Below, in pieces: positions 54,400-62,629 of a stretch of DNA of 64,000 nt (within the stretch, counting starts at the first letter, position 1; every line of letters starts with the position of its first letter). The translations under genes and the position numbers were made by a program. Under the pieces are notes generated by a model. That model made no database searches. It was given only the letters and a program-made list of their open reading frames with translations, and was not told the DNA's origin. Location: positions 14,956 through 78,955 of the forward strand of contig JBDRDJ010000004.1 of assembly GCA_043820815.1 (NCBI GenBank), given 5' to 3'. Source of the stretch: Candidatus Omnitrophota bacterium. GTDB lineage: Bacteria > Omnitrophota > Gorgyraeia > Duberdicusellales > 4484-171.

Positions 54400-55277
54400 T
54401 GAGCTTGCTACTTTATATTTTATATGGATTGTTGGTCTTTGGGTTTATCCTGTTTTTCATAGGGCTTTTTCCAAAACCGCCTGATACGGTTTCCATATTT
54501 GGAGATGAGGCAAAAGAAAAGCGGGGTTCGGTACTTTCCCCCATACTTGCGCCCTTTGCGCCGTTTAACAAAATAATTCTTAAGTCATTTCGTTTAGAAG
54601 AGCGCTTAAACAAAAATATTTACCTGGCGCGCTGGAGAGTTACTCCCGCGGAATTTCTCGTAGGCAAAGAGCTGTTGGCTTTGGTTTTTCCCTTGGCCAT
54701 GATTATGTTTAATTTAGGAAATATCTGGTGGCGCCTGGGTGCGGCATTATTTGGTTTTATACTTCCCGATATTATTCTTAACTCAAGGGTGCGCAGGAGA
54801 AAATTCCTGATTAATCGGGTTTTGCCTGAAACAATCGATTTGCTCGGGCTTTGCGTTGGCGCCGGCTTGGATTTTATGGCCGCGGTGCGCTGGGTCGTAG
54901 ATAAAGTAAAAATCAACCCCATGATCGAAGAATTAGGATTGGTGTTAAAAGAAATAAATGTAGGCAAGCCGCGCGTTGAATCTCTTCGCGCAATGGCTAA
55001 GAGAGTTGAAATTCCCGATGTTACTTCATTTGTTAGAATCTTAATTCAGGCAGACCGCATGGGAACTCCTGTTGAGGAAACTTTTAAAATATTATCAGAA
55101 GACACCCGTATGCGCAGGTTTCACCGCGGCGAACGCCAAGCAATGAAAGCCCCTCTAAAAATGCTCATCCCTCTGATTTTCTGTATCCTTCCTGTCATTC
55201 TAATTATCGTAGCCGGCCCCATCCTTATCAGGTTCATGAAAGAAGGCGTATTCGGCCCTGCCGGCCTTGCCAGATAA
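54399..55277 (+). CDS. tadC: Tad pilus inner-membrane platform protein TadC (T2SSF family)
   Basis: LPETIDLLGLCVGAGLDFMAAV, RRFHRGERQAMKAPLKM. Confidence 0.8.
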   Translation: MSLLLYILYGLLVFGFILFFIGLFPKPPDTVSIFGDEAKEKRGSVLSPILAPFAPFNKIILKSFRLEERLNKNIYLARWRVTPAEFLVGKELLALVFPLAMIMFNLGNIWWRLGAALFGFILPDIILNSRVRRRKFLINRVLPETIDLLGLCVGAGLDFMAAVRWVVDKVKINPMIEELGLVLKEINVGKPRVESLRAMAKRVEIPDVTSFVRILIQADRMGTPVEETFKILSEDTRMRRFHRGERQAMKAPLKMLIPLIFCILPVILIIVAGPILIRFMKEGVFGPAGLAR

Positions 55278-55378
55278 TCCTAAATAACGCAGCATTTTGG
55301 AATCTATAATGCCATTTTGCATAGATTTTTGGCAATACTAGTGCCATTTATACTTTCATTATGGCCTCTTGTTGATGA

Positions 55379-55996
55379 TTATTTCCCTAAAGGTTTGAAG
55401 GTTGGCATCTTTACTCTTGGCGGGCTATTTTTTGAAGGGAAAATACGTTCTGCCTTAAAAGAAAAAGCAGCCCCACCGATGCCGGCTCTATACGGAGTGC
55501 TTTGCCGGGATTGCGGTGCGGTAAATGTTTTAACAGGGTTTGTTGAGGATGGATTTTTTGCTGGTTGTGATTCAACAGGCGAAGGTGCTAAGGGAATAGG
55601 TTCAGCTGGCTCAATTTCTGCCTTGGCAGGTGTAGGCATACCGCCTGCACCGGGCATTGCGGCTTGAGCTCCTGCGCTTCCAGCGCCGCCGCATCTTTGC
55701 AGAGCGTTCTGGCGAAAACGGGGAAATATAGCGGGTTTGTCATTTTCCGCTCTGCGCACAGCTAATCTGGCAAATAAGCCGCAGCGGCTGCCTTCTCTTT
55801 GGGCAAAGTCTCCCTGGCGAAGCCGGCCTCCACTGAGGCTGGCTGTGCCTCTCTGACGAAAACCTCTGTTTTGAAACACTCCATCAAAAAGCCTGCGGGC
55901 ATGGGCAGTATTTTCCAATAACCCTGCGTTAACAATAACTGCTAAGGCAACAACTGTGAAATATCTCTCTAAAGCTTTTATATTCTGCATTTCCAT
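55379..55996 (-). CDS. Secreted low-complexity Cys-containing protein, paralogue of 61570-62226
   Basis: GAGGT RBS before Met10; signal ending AHA-R; shares G.RCG, RR…KPAIFPRFR and C.GG..GAG motifs with the other copy. Confidence 0.55.
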   Translation of the reverse strand: MEMQNIKALERYFTVVALAVIVNAGLLENTAHARRLFDGVFQNRGFRQRGTASLSGGRLRQGDFAQREGSRCGLFARLAVRRAENDKPAIFPRFRQNALQRCGGAGSAGAQAAMPGAGGMPTPAKAEIEPAEPIPLAPSPVESQPAKNPSSTNPVKTFTAPQSRQSTPYRAGIGGAAFSFKAERIFPSKNSPPRVKMPTFKPLGK

Positions 55997-56239
55997 CCCT
56001 ACCTCTTTTTTATCATTTTTCATTATTTTATAACATGAGAATTGCTTTTTTGCAACCTTATTTTAAAAAAAACTTAGCACATTTCCAGGTGTTAATTTTG
56101 GGTCATTCGTAAATAATGTAAAGATATTTATATAACCCTCGGCATTGTAAGGCATAACAAAAATCTCTTTTTGCGCAGTCTTGACGGGTGTGGGGTCTAT
56201 TTTTGTTATGCCGTAAACCACAAAATTTACGAAAAAATC

Positions 56240-56494
56240 TTAATTTTCAGTACAGAATAAATAAATTAGCAGGTAGAGGGAGCATATTACCAAGGCAGAA
56301 AGCACGTGGCTATACCCTGCTTTGGCAAGCCAGGGAATAAGAACATCGATGTCGAGGATTTTAAAATAGTTCAGATATGCGGGAGTACCCGTTATTAAGG
56401 AAATAATAAATATTATTATAATATGAGCGCAAGCTGAGAAAAAGATGGTTTTAATCAGAGCATCCAAATATCTATTTTTAGCTATTTTCTTCAT
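56240..56494 (-). CDS. Small membrane protein
   Basis: 84 aa with three hydrophobic segments. Confidence 0.4.
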   Translation of the reverse strand: MKKIAKNRYLDALIKTIFFSACAHIIIIFIISLITGTPAYLNYFKILDIDVLIPWLAKAGYSHVLSALVICSLYLLIYLFCTEN

Positions 56495-56652
56495 AAGGAA
56501 ACTATTTTACCATAGATTGTTTTGACTGGCAAGGCCTACCTTAAATGTAAACCCACCTGAAACCATAGCAGTAAGCAATATGGCCGCCGAATATAACAGA
56601 CAACATGTTTATAGTTTGCTGATTATGAGCATGTTACGCATCTATTTGTCCA

Positions 56653-56686
56653 CTTAGGTGGTCAAGTAGAGACTTGACCACCTAAG
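56653..56686. repeat. 14-bp perfect inverted repeat
   Basis: CTTAGGTGGTCAAG-tagaga-CTTGACCACCTAAG. Confidence 0.6.
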
Positions 56687-56689
56687 ACT

Positions 56690-57049
56690 TTCGTGGTGAT
56701 TCGTCTCTAATTCGTGGCAATTCGTGTTAAAAAGAAAGCGTTCTCGCAAATACCCCTAAATCGCCTTGTTTTTTGTTTCGGCGATGTGGTATATTCAAAT
56801 GAATACTTTTGCGAATTGAAGAAATTTTTTTCTGGGGAGACGACAAAGGCATTCTTGTCACAGATTACACAGATTGGATGTTGATTACACAGATGAATAT
56901 CTGTGATTAGGGGTGCAAAGCCACGGACCTAATAGCAAATAGCAAATGGCCTATTGCTTATGGTCAATATAAACCATAAGTTCTAAGCCATTAGCTGTTA
57001 GCCAGGAAAGCCGGGTTGCCGAAATTCCTTCGGTAATCCGGCCTTTTTT
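56690..57049 (+). promoter_or_regulatory. Promoter-leader-terminator module P3 ahead of the 1426-aa gene
   Basis: Four TTCGT direct repeats (56690, 56700, 56711, 56721); box GAAAGCGTTCTCGCAAATAC. TTGTTT 56766-56771, 18 nt, TGgTATATT (56790-56795), N3, ATGA. AAAGCCACGG at 56917-56926; terminator GCCGGGTTGCCGAA-attcc-TTCGGTAATCCGGC + T6 (57010-57049). Confidence 0.55.
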
Positions 57050-57241
57050 ATTGGGATGTAATACATCCCAATAAAAAAGGTCCCGAACGAGTCCGGGGGA
57101 ATTGTCCGAAGGAAAATTACCCCGGTATACAGCGAGGAGGGGCTATTAATAAAATAGATTGATATGATTATAGAAGCGGATATCCGCGGATATAAACGCG
57201 GATTTACGCTTGCTTGATAAAGGGTAAATGGGGAGGCACAT

Positions 57242-60200
57242 ATGAAAAACAGGGGAGTTTTTGGGGGAGTTCTGTGGTTAATTCTATTACTGCTTACTTT
57301 CTCTTTGTTTTTTACAAACGATGTTGAGGCACAGTTATTCCGGGGAAGATTTCGTTCGCAAAGTTACAGTTATTCATCACCAAGCAAGAGTTCAGCGCCT
57401 GCGGCAAATTCTCAATCTCAAAGCACATCACAACCTCAAACACAACCAGGAACTTCCAAACCGGCCCCTAAAACAAATGTAACCCAGGCACAACCCAAAG
57501 CTAATACCCAGAAACCGTTAACAAACCCCATGAGCACTAATAGAAACGCCCCATACGCGATGCATTTACGGGGGACAAACGGTAAAAGTGTAACTTTCTA
57601 TACTCCTGATGCAGGAAAAACATACCGTACGGTTGATGGCTTAAGCCGCAAATCAGGTGCGGTTGCTCCTTCTCAGGTAAGCAATGCCTGGATTTCTTAT
57701 GGTGATAAAGCTAATCCCAACTGGCAGAGAATCACTCCCGATCAAATTTCAAGTTTTCATTTTAATCCTGCTGGTTCAAAAGCCGGAGGTTCTGGAAGCA
57801 TTACATATTATTTTAAGCAAACTCCAAACGGAGGTTATTATCAGGCGGCAAATGGCCAGACCCGCAGGCCTGTAAGCAGTGTAGCCTTACCAGCCCAGAT
57901 GAAAGCATGGGTTGGAACCGGAGATATTAAGAGCCCTAAGTGGCAGAATTTAGGCCAGTATAGCCAGGGGCCTGCAAAGTTAAATTTAGGAAATCTGAAA
58001 GTTACAGGGGCGATTTTTAGAAGTTTAGGCGCTGCCGCAGTTAATCAGGCAAAGCAGGAAATTGCGGCCAAAGCTAACATCACTGACGCAGTTATTTTAG
58101 GAAGCCCTGATTTAGCGCGCCGCTCAGGCTCAGGGATGCTTGAGCTTCGCGTCTGGAATTTAAGGCAGCAGGTTGTTACGGGTTTAGGCAAAGACAGCGG
58201 CCTCTTAGGCGCTGATGGAAGAGGCACATCAGGCATTCAATCTGTTGGGCCTAACTGGCTTGTTTTCAACCATGGCCAGGTGAGCAGAGCATATAAAAGC
58301 ACAGTTGATTGGGGGAGAAAATTGGCTGACAGCTTTGGTGTTCCTAAGGATAGCCCGATAAGAGATGTTTCGTTAGGCGCTTTTGATTGGGCAACAACCG
58401 CCGGTAACCTCGCAGCTGCCCGATTTACTCCCTCGATTCACGCAAAGGGCGTTAAATACGGCGCTTTTACGGATTGGAATTTACCCCACGAAACTACAGT
58501 GGCGGTCAAAACCATATCTCCGGTAAATCAGAACATCCATGTATTAGGGCTTAGCATAAACTCACCACGCATTCATCAAGGCCAGCTTACTTTTACCCAG
58601 CCGGTTTATGATAATCAAAAAAGACTTATTGCCAATCAATTTAAGCCTGTTCTTGAACCTTACCGGGTAGTTGAGAGAATGGTTGCCGGACAATGGGAAG
58701 CTTCAACGGGCCGTATCGGGCCATATACAATTTTTAAAGGCCAAGCTCATAACCCTAATGTTAATGATCTCGGCAAGCTTGTACTTAGCCCTGATAGAAT
58801 TATAATGGAAGGTAAAGGTTGGAAGCAGGATGGTATGATCAGGCCTTCACCCATTGAGGGTTTAAAAGTAATATCAGGCCAGCTTATAATAGCCGGCAAC
58901 AATGGTTTTAACCCTAATACGCACCCCTTATACCGCCAAAACTCAGACATTGAGCCTTTTGTAAAAATCGGTGATACTTTTGTAACCAACACAATTGACC
59001 GCTTTGACCAGGCAATCGGAGTTTTCGGCCAGGGCAGAACCATGCTTTTTGCCCGCCAGAGTGAATTCTCCGTAAATGATAATTCTTTAAAAGGCGATAT
59101 ATATGCCGGCATACCTAAGTCAATAGAAGGATCTTTAAAGAGCATGAAAGTTTACTGGGCGGCAGTTTCTCAAACGCCTATTGCCAAAGATATGCTTCAA
59201 GCCCCCGTAGTTTCACTGGCTAACATCGACCCGGTTAATCCTTTCCCGCAAGGCCAGGCAATACAAGGAATTGATAAAGAACCTTTGCTTTTTGTAAAGC
59301 AAGCTGCTTACAGTATAGATAAGCCCGGTATTGTTACGCAAACACCTTGGGAGTTTACCGGTCGTGCATCACAAACCATTTTTAAAGCCGCCGGTGACAT
59401 AAACGGCCTTAAACAATTTACAGATTTAGCTAAAATAAATACACAATCTCACGCCCCGAAATTAAGCCAGCCCCCGATGCCTGAGCCTGCGCTTGTGCCT
59501 ATTACCCAGACAGATAAGTTTGCATCTTTGGCTGATTTTAATCCTCAATCGTTTGATTTTGCTTCAATCGATGTAAATGCAGAGAAAAAGGATCCCCGCC
59601 TCGATATAATCGCGCCATCATTAGAGAAACTTGAAATCACTTTTCCAAAAATATCAAACGCCTCAGAATATGCTTACGCTGAAGAAACACTGCAAATGTT
59701 TAATGTGCCCGGATACTCTATGGAAAACTTAGATGGCCTTGGGCCAAAACAGGATTTAGTTATAAGCAAGAAATTATTTAATGGCCCTGATATTGAAATA
59801 AAATCACTTGAATTTAAACTATCGCCTTCAGCTGAGCAAATTGAGATTGCGCGCATTGAGAAGATATTTAATGAGCATTTTGCTGCTGAAGAATTACTCG
59901 GGCATCAATCAAGCGCAAGCGCCAGAAGTATTCCAAAACAAGAAATTGATATTGTCGAATCACCGCTGGGGGGCGGTAAGGGAGACCCGCTTTTAGACAG
60001 CAACCCGTTTAATGATATGGCTGATGACCTGAGAGATATGGGAGTTTATCCGGAAAAAGGAAGCAGCCCGGCCGAGTTTTATATAGCAAAACAATTGGCT
60101 TATTTTGTTGCAAAACCGGCTGATTCGGTTAGGGAAATAAGTGAGGCTATCGTATCGAAAGGGGAGGATTACACAGATAAAGTTGTTACAGTAGTATCTC

Positions 60201-61522
60201 AAATAAAAGATTCAGAAACAACCCAGAAAGTTATATCCCAAGCGGCAAAGATAGCTCAGTATAAGCCTGAAAATACCGGCAGCCAAAGTATAATTAAGAG
60301 CCAGTACAGTAAAATACAAAAACCCGGTTTAGGCGGTTTTGGTTCTCAAAAACCCAATGATATGGCGGATTTCAACGCTGACCCGAAGAAGCTGTCAGCC
60401 CAGCTTAATATTGATAGAGCAATGGAGAAGCAAAATCAAAACATGGCCGAACTTGTCAAGGCACAGCAAGAAATATACATAGTTCAGGTTATGAATGTGA
60501 ATACAACCAAGGTGTACGATGTTATTCGTCAAGATGTACCTGTTGGCAATGAAAAATTACGCGGTTATGATATTTTAGACAAAGAAACAGGAAAGTATTC
60601 TCAGGAACTTCCCCAAGGCAGATATGAAGTTATTAGGGTAGTCCGCGGCAGCGCAGAAAACCCAATAGTAGAAAGGAAGGTTTATATAACAACTGACAAA
60701 AGGGTTCATGATTGGATTGACGAGAAAACAACTCTTATGAAACCAGCAGAAATCCAAGTTTGGCTTGAAGGCGCAGGGTGGAAAGCAAGAATCGCCCCAA
60801 TAGTTGAAGCAAGCGGAAACTACAAAAAAGATTCAACCGGACGTATTATAGTTGGCATTGAGGCTTTAACAAATGATGGAAAACCAAAAGGCGACGGCCT
60901 TAAATATGGGGACGATGCCGATGAGATCCTAAAAACAATGCCGCCGGTTGTAAAATCAAAGATTGATATGTATCGAAGCCCTGACATTGTTAATAATAAC
61001 GACCAAGCCTTAAATATCGCTAAAATGTTTGGTTTAGGAAGTGACGCGATGAGGCAGGCAATGGAGAATAATAACGCAGAACGTGTAAGCGCGCATGTAA
61101 ACGCAAGCTATATAACGCCAATCGCAAAGCCAGGCAAAGGAGAACTTTCACCCAGTGAACAGCTGTACGCACAGCAAAAAAACCGCACCCAAGCTGATAT
61201 CGATTTAGAAACAAAGCAAACCATGAATTACTATATTGAACAAGGGATAAAAAGTAAAAAGGCATTTAGTAATATTCTAAGTACTTCTGCAAAAGATTTG
61301 GGGCTTAAAGAGTCAGAATACTATAAGGTAGTTGGCGAAATTTGGTGGAAGAGAGGCGTAAATGAGAAGAACCCGGGGGCATTTGGTTTGACATCTTTTT
61401 ATGGCTGGAAACAAGCTTATTCAGCAGCAAAAGAGAAAATGTCAGGCACCAGTAAGCCTGCTGAAAAGAAATTTACCCAGCAGCCGCCAAGGCCGGCGCC
61501 TATTGGAACGATAATGCCTTAA
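57242..61522 (+). CDS. Large secreted protein of unknown function (1426 aa)
   Basis: GGGGAGG RBS; signal peptide …TNDVEA-QLF; S/Q/P/T-rich linker; no domain recognised. Confidence 0.7.
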   Translation: MKNRGVFGGVLWLILLLLTFSLFFTNDVEAQLFRGRFRSQSYSYSSPSKSSAPAANSQSQSTSQPQTQPGTSKPAPKTNVTQAQPKANTQKPLTNPMSTNRNAPYAMHLRGTNGKSVTFYTPDAGKTYRTVDGLSRKSGAVAPSQVSNAWISYGDKANPNWQRITPDQISSFHFNPAGSKAGGSGSITYYFKQTPNGGYYQAANGQTRRPVSSVALPAQMKAWVGTGDIKSPKWQNLGQYSQGPAKLNLGNLKVTGAIFRSLGAAAVNQAKQEIAAKANITDAVILGSPDLARRSGSGMLELRVWNLRQQVVTGLGKDSGLLGADGRGTSGIQSVGPNWLVFNHGQVSRAYKSTVDWGRKLADSFGVPKDSPIRDVSLGAFDWATTAGNLAAARFTPSIHAKGVKYGAFTDWNLPHETTVAVKTISPVNQNIHVLGLSINSPRIHQGQLTFTQPVYDNQKRLIANQFKPVLEPYRVVERMVAGQWEASTGRIGPYTIFKGQAHNPNVNDLGKLVLSPDRIIMEGKGWKQDGMIRPSPIEGLKVISGQLIIAGNNGFNPNTHPLYRQNSDIEPFVKIGDTFVTNTIDRFDQAIGVFGQGRTMLFARQSEFSVNDNSLKGDIYAGIPKSIEGSLKSMKVYWAAVSQTPIAKDMLQAPVVSLANIDPVNPFPQGQAIQGIDKEPLLFVKQAAYSIDKPGIVTQTPWEFTGRASQTIFKAAGDINGLKQFTDLAKINTQSHAPKLSQPPMPEPALVPITQTDKFASLADFNPQSFDFASIDVNAEKKDPRLDIIAPSLEKLEITFPKISNASEYAYAEETLQMFNVPGYSMENLDGLGPKQDLVISKKLFNGPDIEIKSLEFKLSPSAEQIEIARIEKIFNEHFAAEELLGHQSSASARSIPKQEIDIVESPLGGGKGDPLLDSNPFNDMADDLRDMGVYPEKGSSPAEFYIAKQLAYFVAKPADSVREISEAIVSKGEDYTDKVVTVVSQIKDSETTQKVISQAAKIAQYKPENTGSQSIIKSQYSKIQKPGLGGFGSQKPNDMADFNADPKKLSAQLNIDRAMEKQNQNMAELVKAQQEIYIVQVMNVNTTKVYDVIRQDVPVGNEKLRGYDILDKETGKYSQELPQGRYEVIRVVRGSAENPIVERKVYITTDKRVHDWIDEKTTLMKPAEIQVWLEGAGWKARIAPIVEASGNYKKDSTGRIIVGIEALTNDGKPKGDGLKYGDDADEILKTMPPVVKSKIDMYRSPDIVNNNDQALNIAKMFGLGSDAMRQAMENNNAERVSAHVNASYITPIAKPGKGELSPSEQLYAQQKNRTQADIDLETKQTMNYYIEQGIKSKKAFSNILSTSAKDLGLKESEYYKVVGEIWWKRGVNEKNPGAFGLTSFYGWKQAYSAAKEKMSGTSKPAEKKFTQQPPRPAPIGTIMP

Positions 61523-61524
61523 GT

Positions 61525-61550
61525 AGGGGCCGACCCCTGTGTCGGCCCGT
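61525..61550 (+). repeat. GC-rich hairpin element, copy 1
   Basis: AGGGGCCGACCCCTGTGTCGGCCCGT directly after the stop of the 1426-aa gene. Confidence 0.6.
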
Positions 61551-61569
61551 TAAAGTAAGGTGAAAGAAA

Positions 61570-62226
61570 ATGGTTAGAGAACGAAATTTCAGAATAGCGA
61601 TTTTGGTGTTTATTGCCATATGCTTGCTCACAGCGCAAGATGCCCATGCCCGCGAGGGGCGCCTGCTGGGAGGAAGATTAGGCGGCGGCGGGCTATTTAG
61701 CGGCCGCTGCGGCCCGATTAAGAAAATGTCTCTGCGTAGAGAAGCAAGAGGAAAGCCGGCGATTTTTCCCCGCATTCGCGCCGCGGCTTACAGGGATTGT
61801 ATTGGCGGAAGCTGCGGGGCAGGATTAAGCGCAGGTAAGCCCGCGCCCGGTGCATTCTCAGATATGAAGAAAGAGGAAGGCCAGGCTTTTGAGAAAGTTC
61901 CCCTGGCGCTAAAACCAGAATCAACTGCTCGATCTTCAGATAAAGGAGCCGCTACTTCACCGCGTGATAGAAATCCTCTTGTCCAGCAAGAATATAAAGA
62001 AACTATAAAATCACCGGATAGAGGCCCTTCAGCACAGCCAAAACGCCAAACCTGGCCGCAATATCGTGATAACGCAGTTGAGAGAGATTCTCAATCTTAT
62101 GCAAGGCCTTTTATGGGAACTTCGGAATACGGTTCAAAACTTCAAGAATATAGATTGGGCCTGCCAAAAAGTACCCCTTATATAAATAGAGTTAAGCAAG
62201 ATTATCAAAGAACAAGTAACCGATAG
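61570..62226 (+). CDS. Secreted low-complexity Cys-containing protein, paralogue of 55379-55996
   Basis: AAGGTGA RBS; signal ending AHA-R; GRCG, RREARGKPAIFPRIR and CIGGSCGAG motifs. Confidence 0.6.
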   Translation: MVRERNFRIAILVFIAICLLTAQDAHAREGRLLGGRLGGGGLFSGRCGPIKKMSLRREARGKPAIFPRIRAAAYRDCIGGSCGAGLSAGKPAPGAFSDMKKEEGQAFEKVPLALKPESTARSSDKGAATSPRDRNPLVQQEYKETIKSPDRGPSAQPKRQTWPQYRDNAVERDSQSYARPFMGTSEYGSKLQEYRLGLPKSTPYINRVKQDYQRTSNR

Positions 62227-62317
62227 CAAGATTATAACAAACTGTTAATAAAACACTTATGTTATCTATTGTCCACATTCATACCGGGAATGGTGCCATA
62301 CCCTTGCAATAATTATA

Positions 62318-62343
62318 GCGGGCCGGCACAGGGGCCGGCCCCT
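62318..62343 (-). repeat. GC-rich hairpin element, copy 2 (inverted)
   Basis: Reverse complement AGGGGCCGGCCCCTGTGCCGGCCCGC = copy 1 with paired substitutions in the stem. Confidence 0.6.
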
Positions 62344-62409
62344 ACAATACTTTTATTTTTCTTTCATCGTTCATTGCTGCGAAGCCAGGAGCGAAGCGAA
62401 GGCGAAGCA

Positions 62410-62601
62410 GAAAGCGGTTTCACAAATAGGCGATATTTACCTTGCTTTTTTAAGGGCGGATATGGTATACTGACATGAAAGCAAGAGTTCTTTGGATACA
62501 AAAAAAGCCACGGAAAAAACGCGGATAACCGCGGAGGTTAATATGTCCGTGGCAAAACAATTTGAATGATAAAGGGAGGCGATGTGCCTCTCTTTTTTTT
62601 T
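62410..62601 (+). promoter_or_regulatory. Promoter-leader-terminator module P4
   Basis: Box GAAAGCGGTTTCACAAATAG; TTGCTT 62442-62447, 18 nt, TGgTATACT (62466-62471), N3, ATGA. AAAGCCACGG at 62504-62513, with GCCACGGA/TCCGTGGC pairing (62507-62514 / 62546-62553). Terminator GGGAGGC-gatgt-GCCTCTC + T9 (62574-62601). Confidence 0.6.
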
Positions 62602-62629
62602 GATAAGATTGAGGGGAGCAAGGAGGTGT

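Noticed and set aside
55317-55667. Plus-strand ORF 55317-55667 (116 aa)
   Set aside because: It overlaps the minus-strand gene 55379-55996, which has an RBS, a signal peptide and a paralogue at 61570. The + ORF looks like a GC-rich shadow frame.
56862-56910. GATTACACAGAT triple repeat as a functional repeat family
   Set aside because: It is present only in this one leader. It is noted under the P3 finding but is too short and local to call as an independent element.
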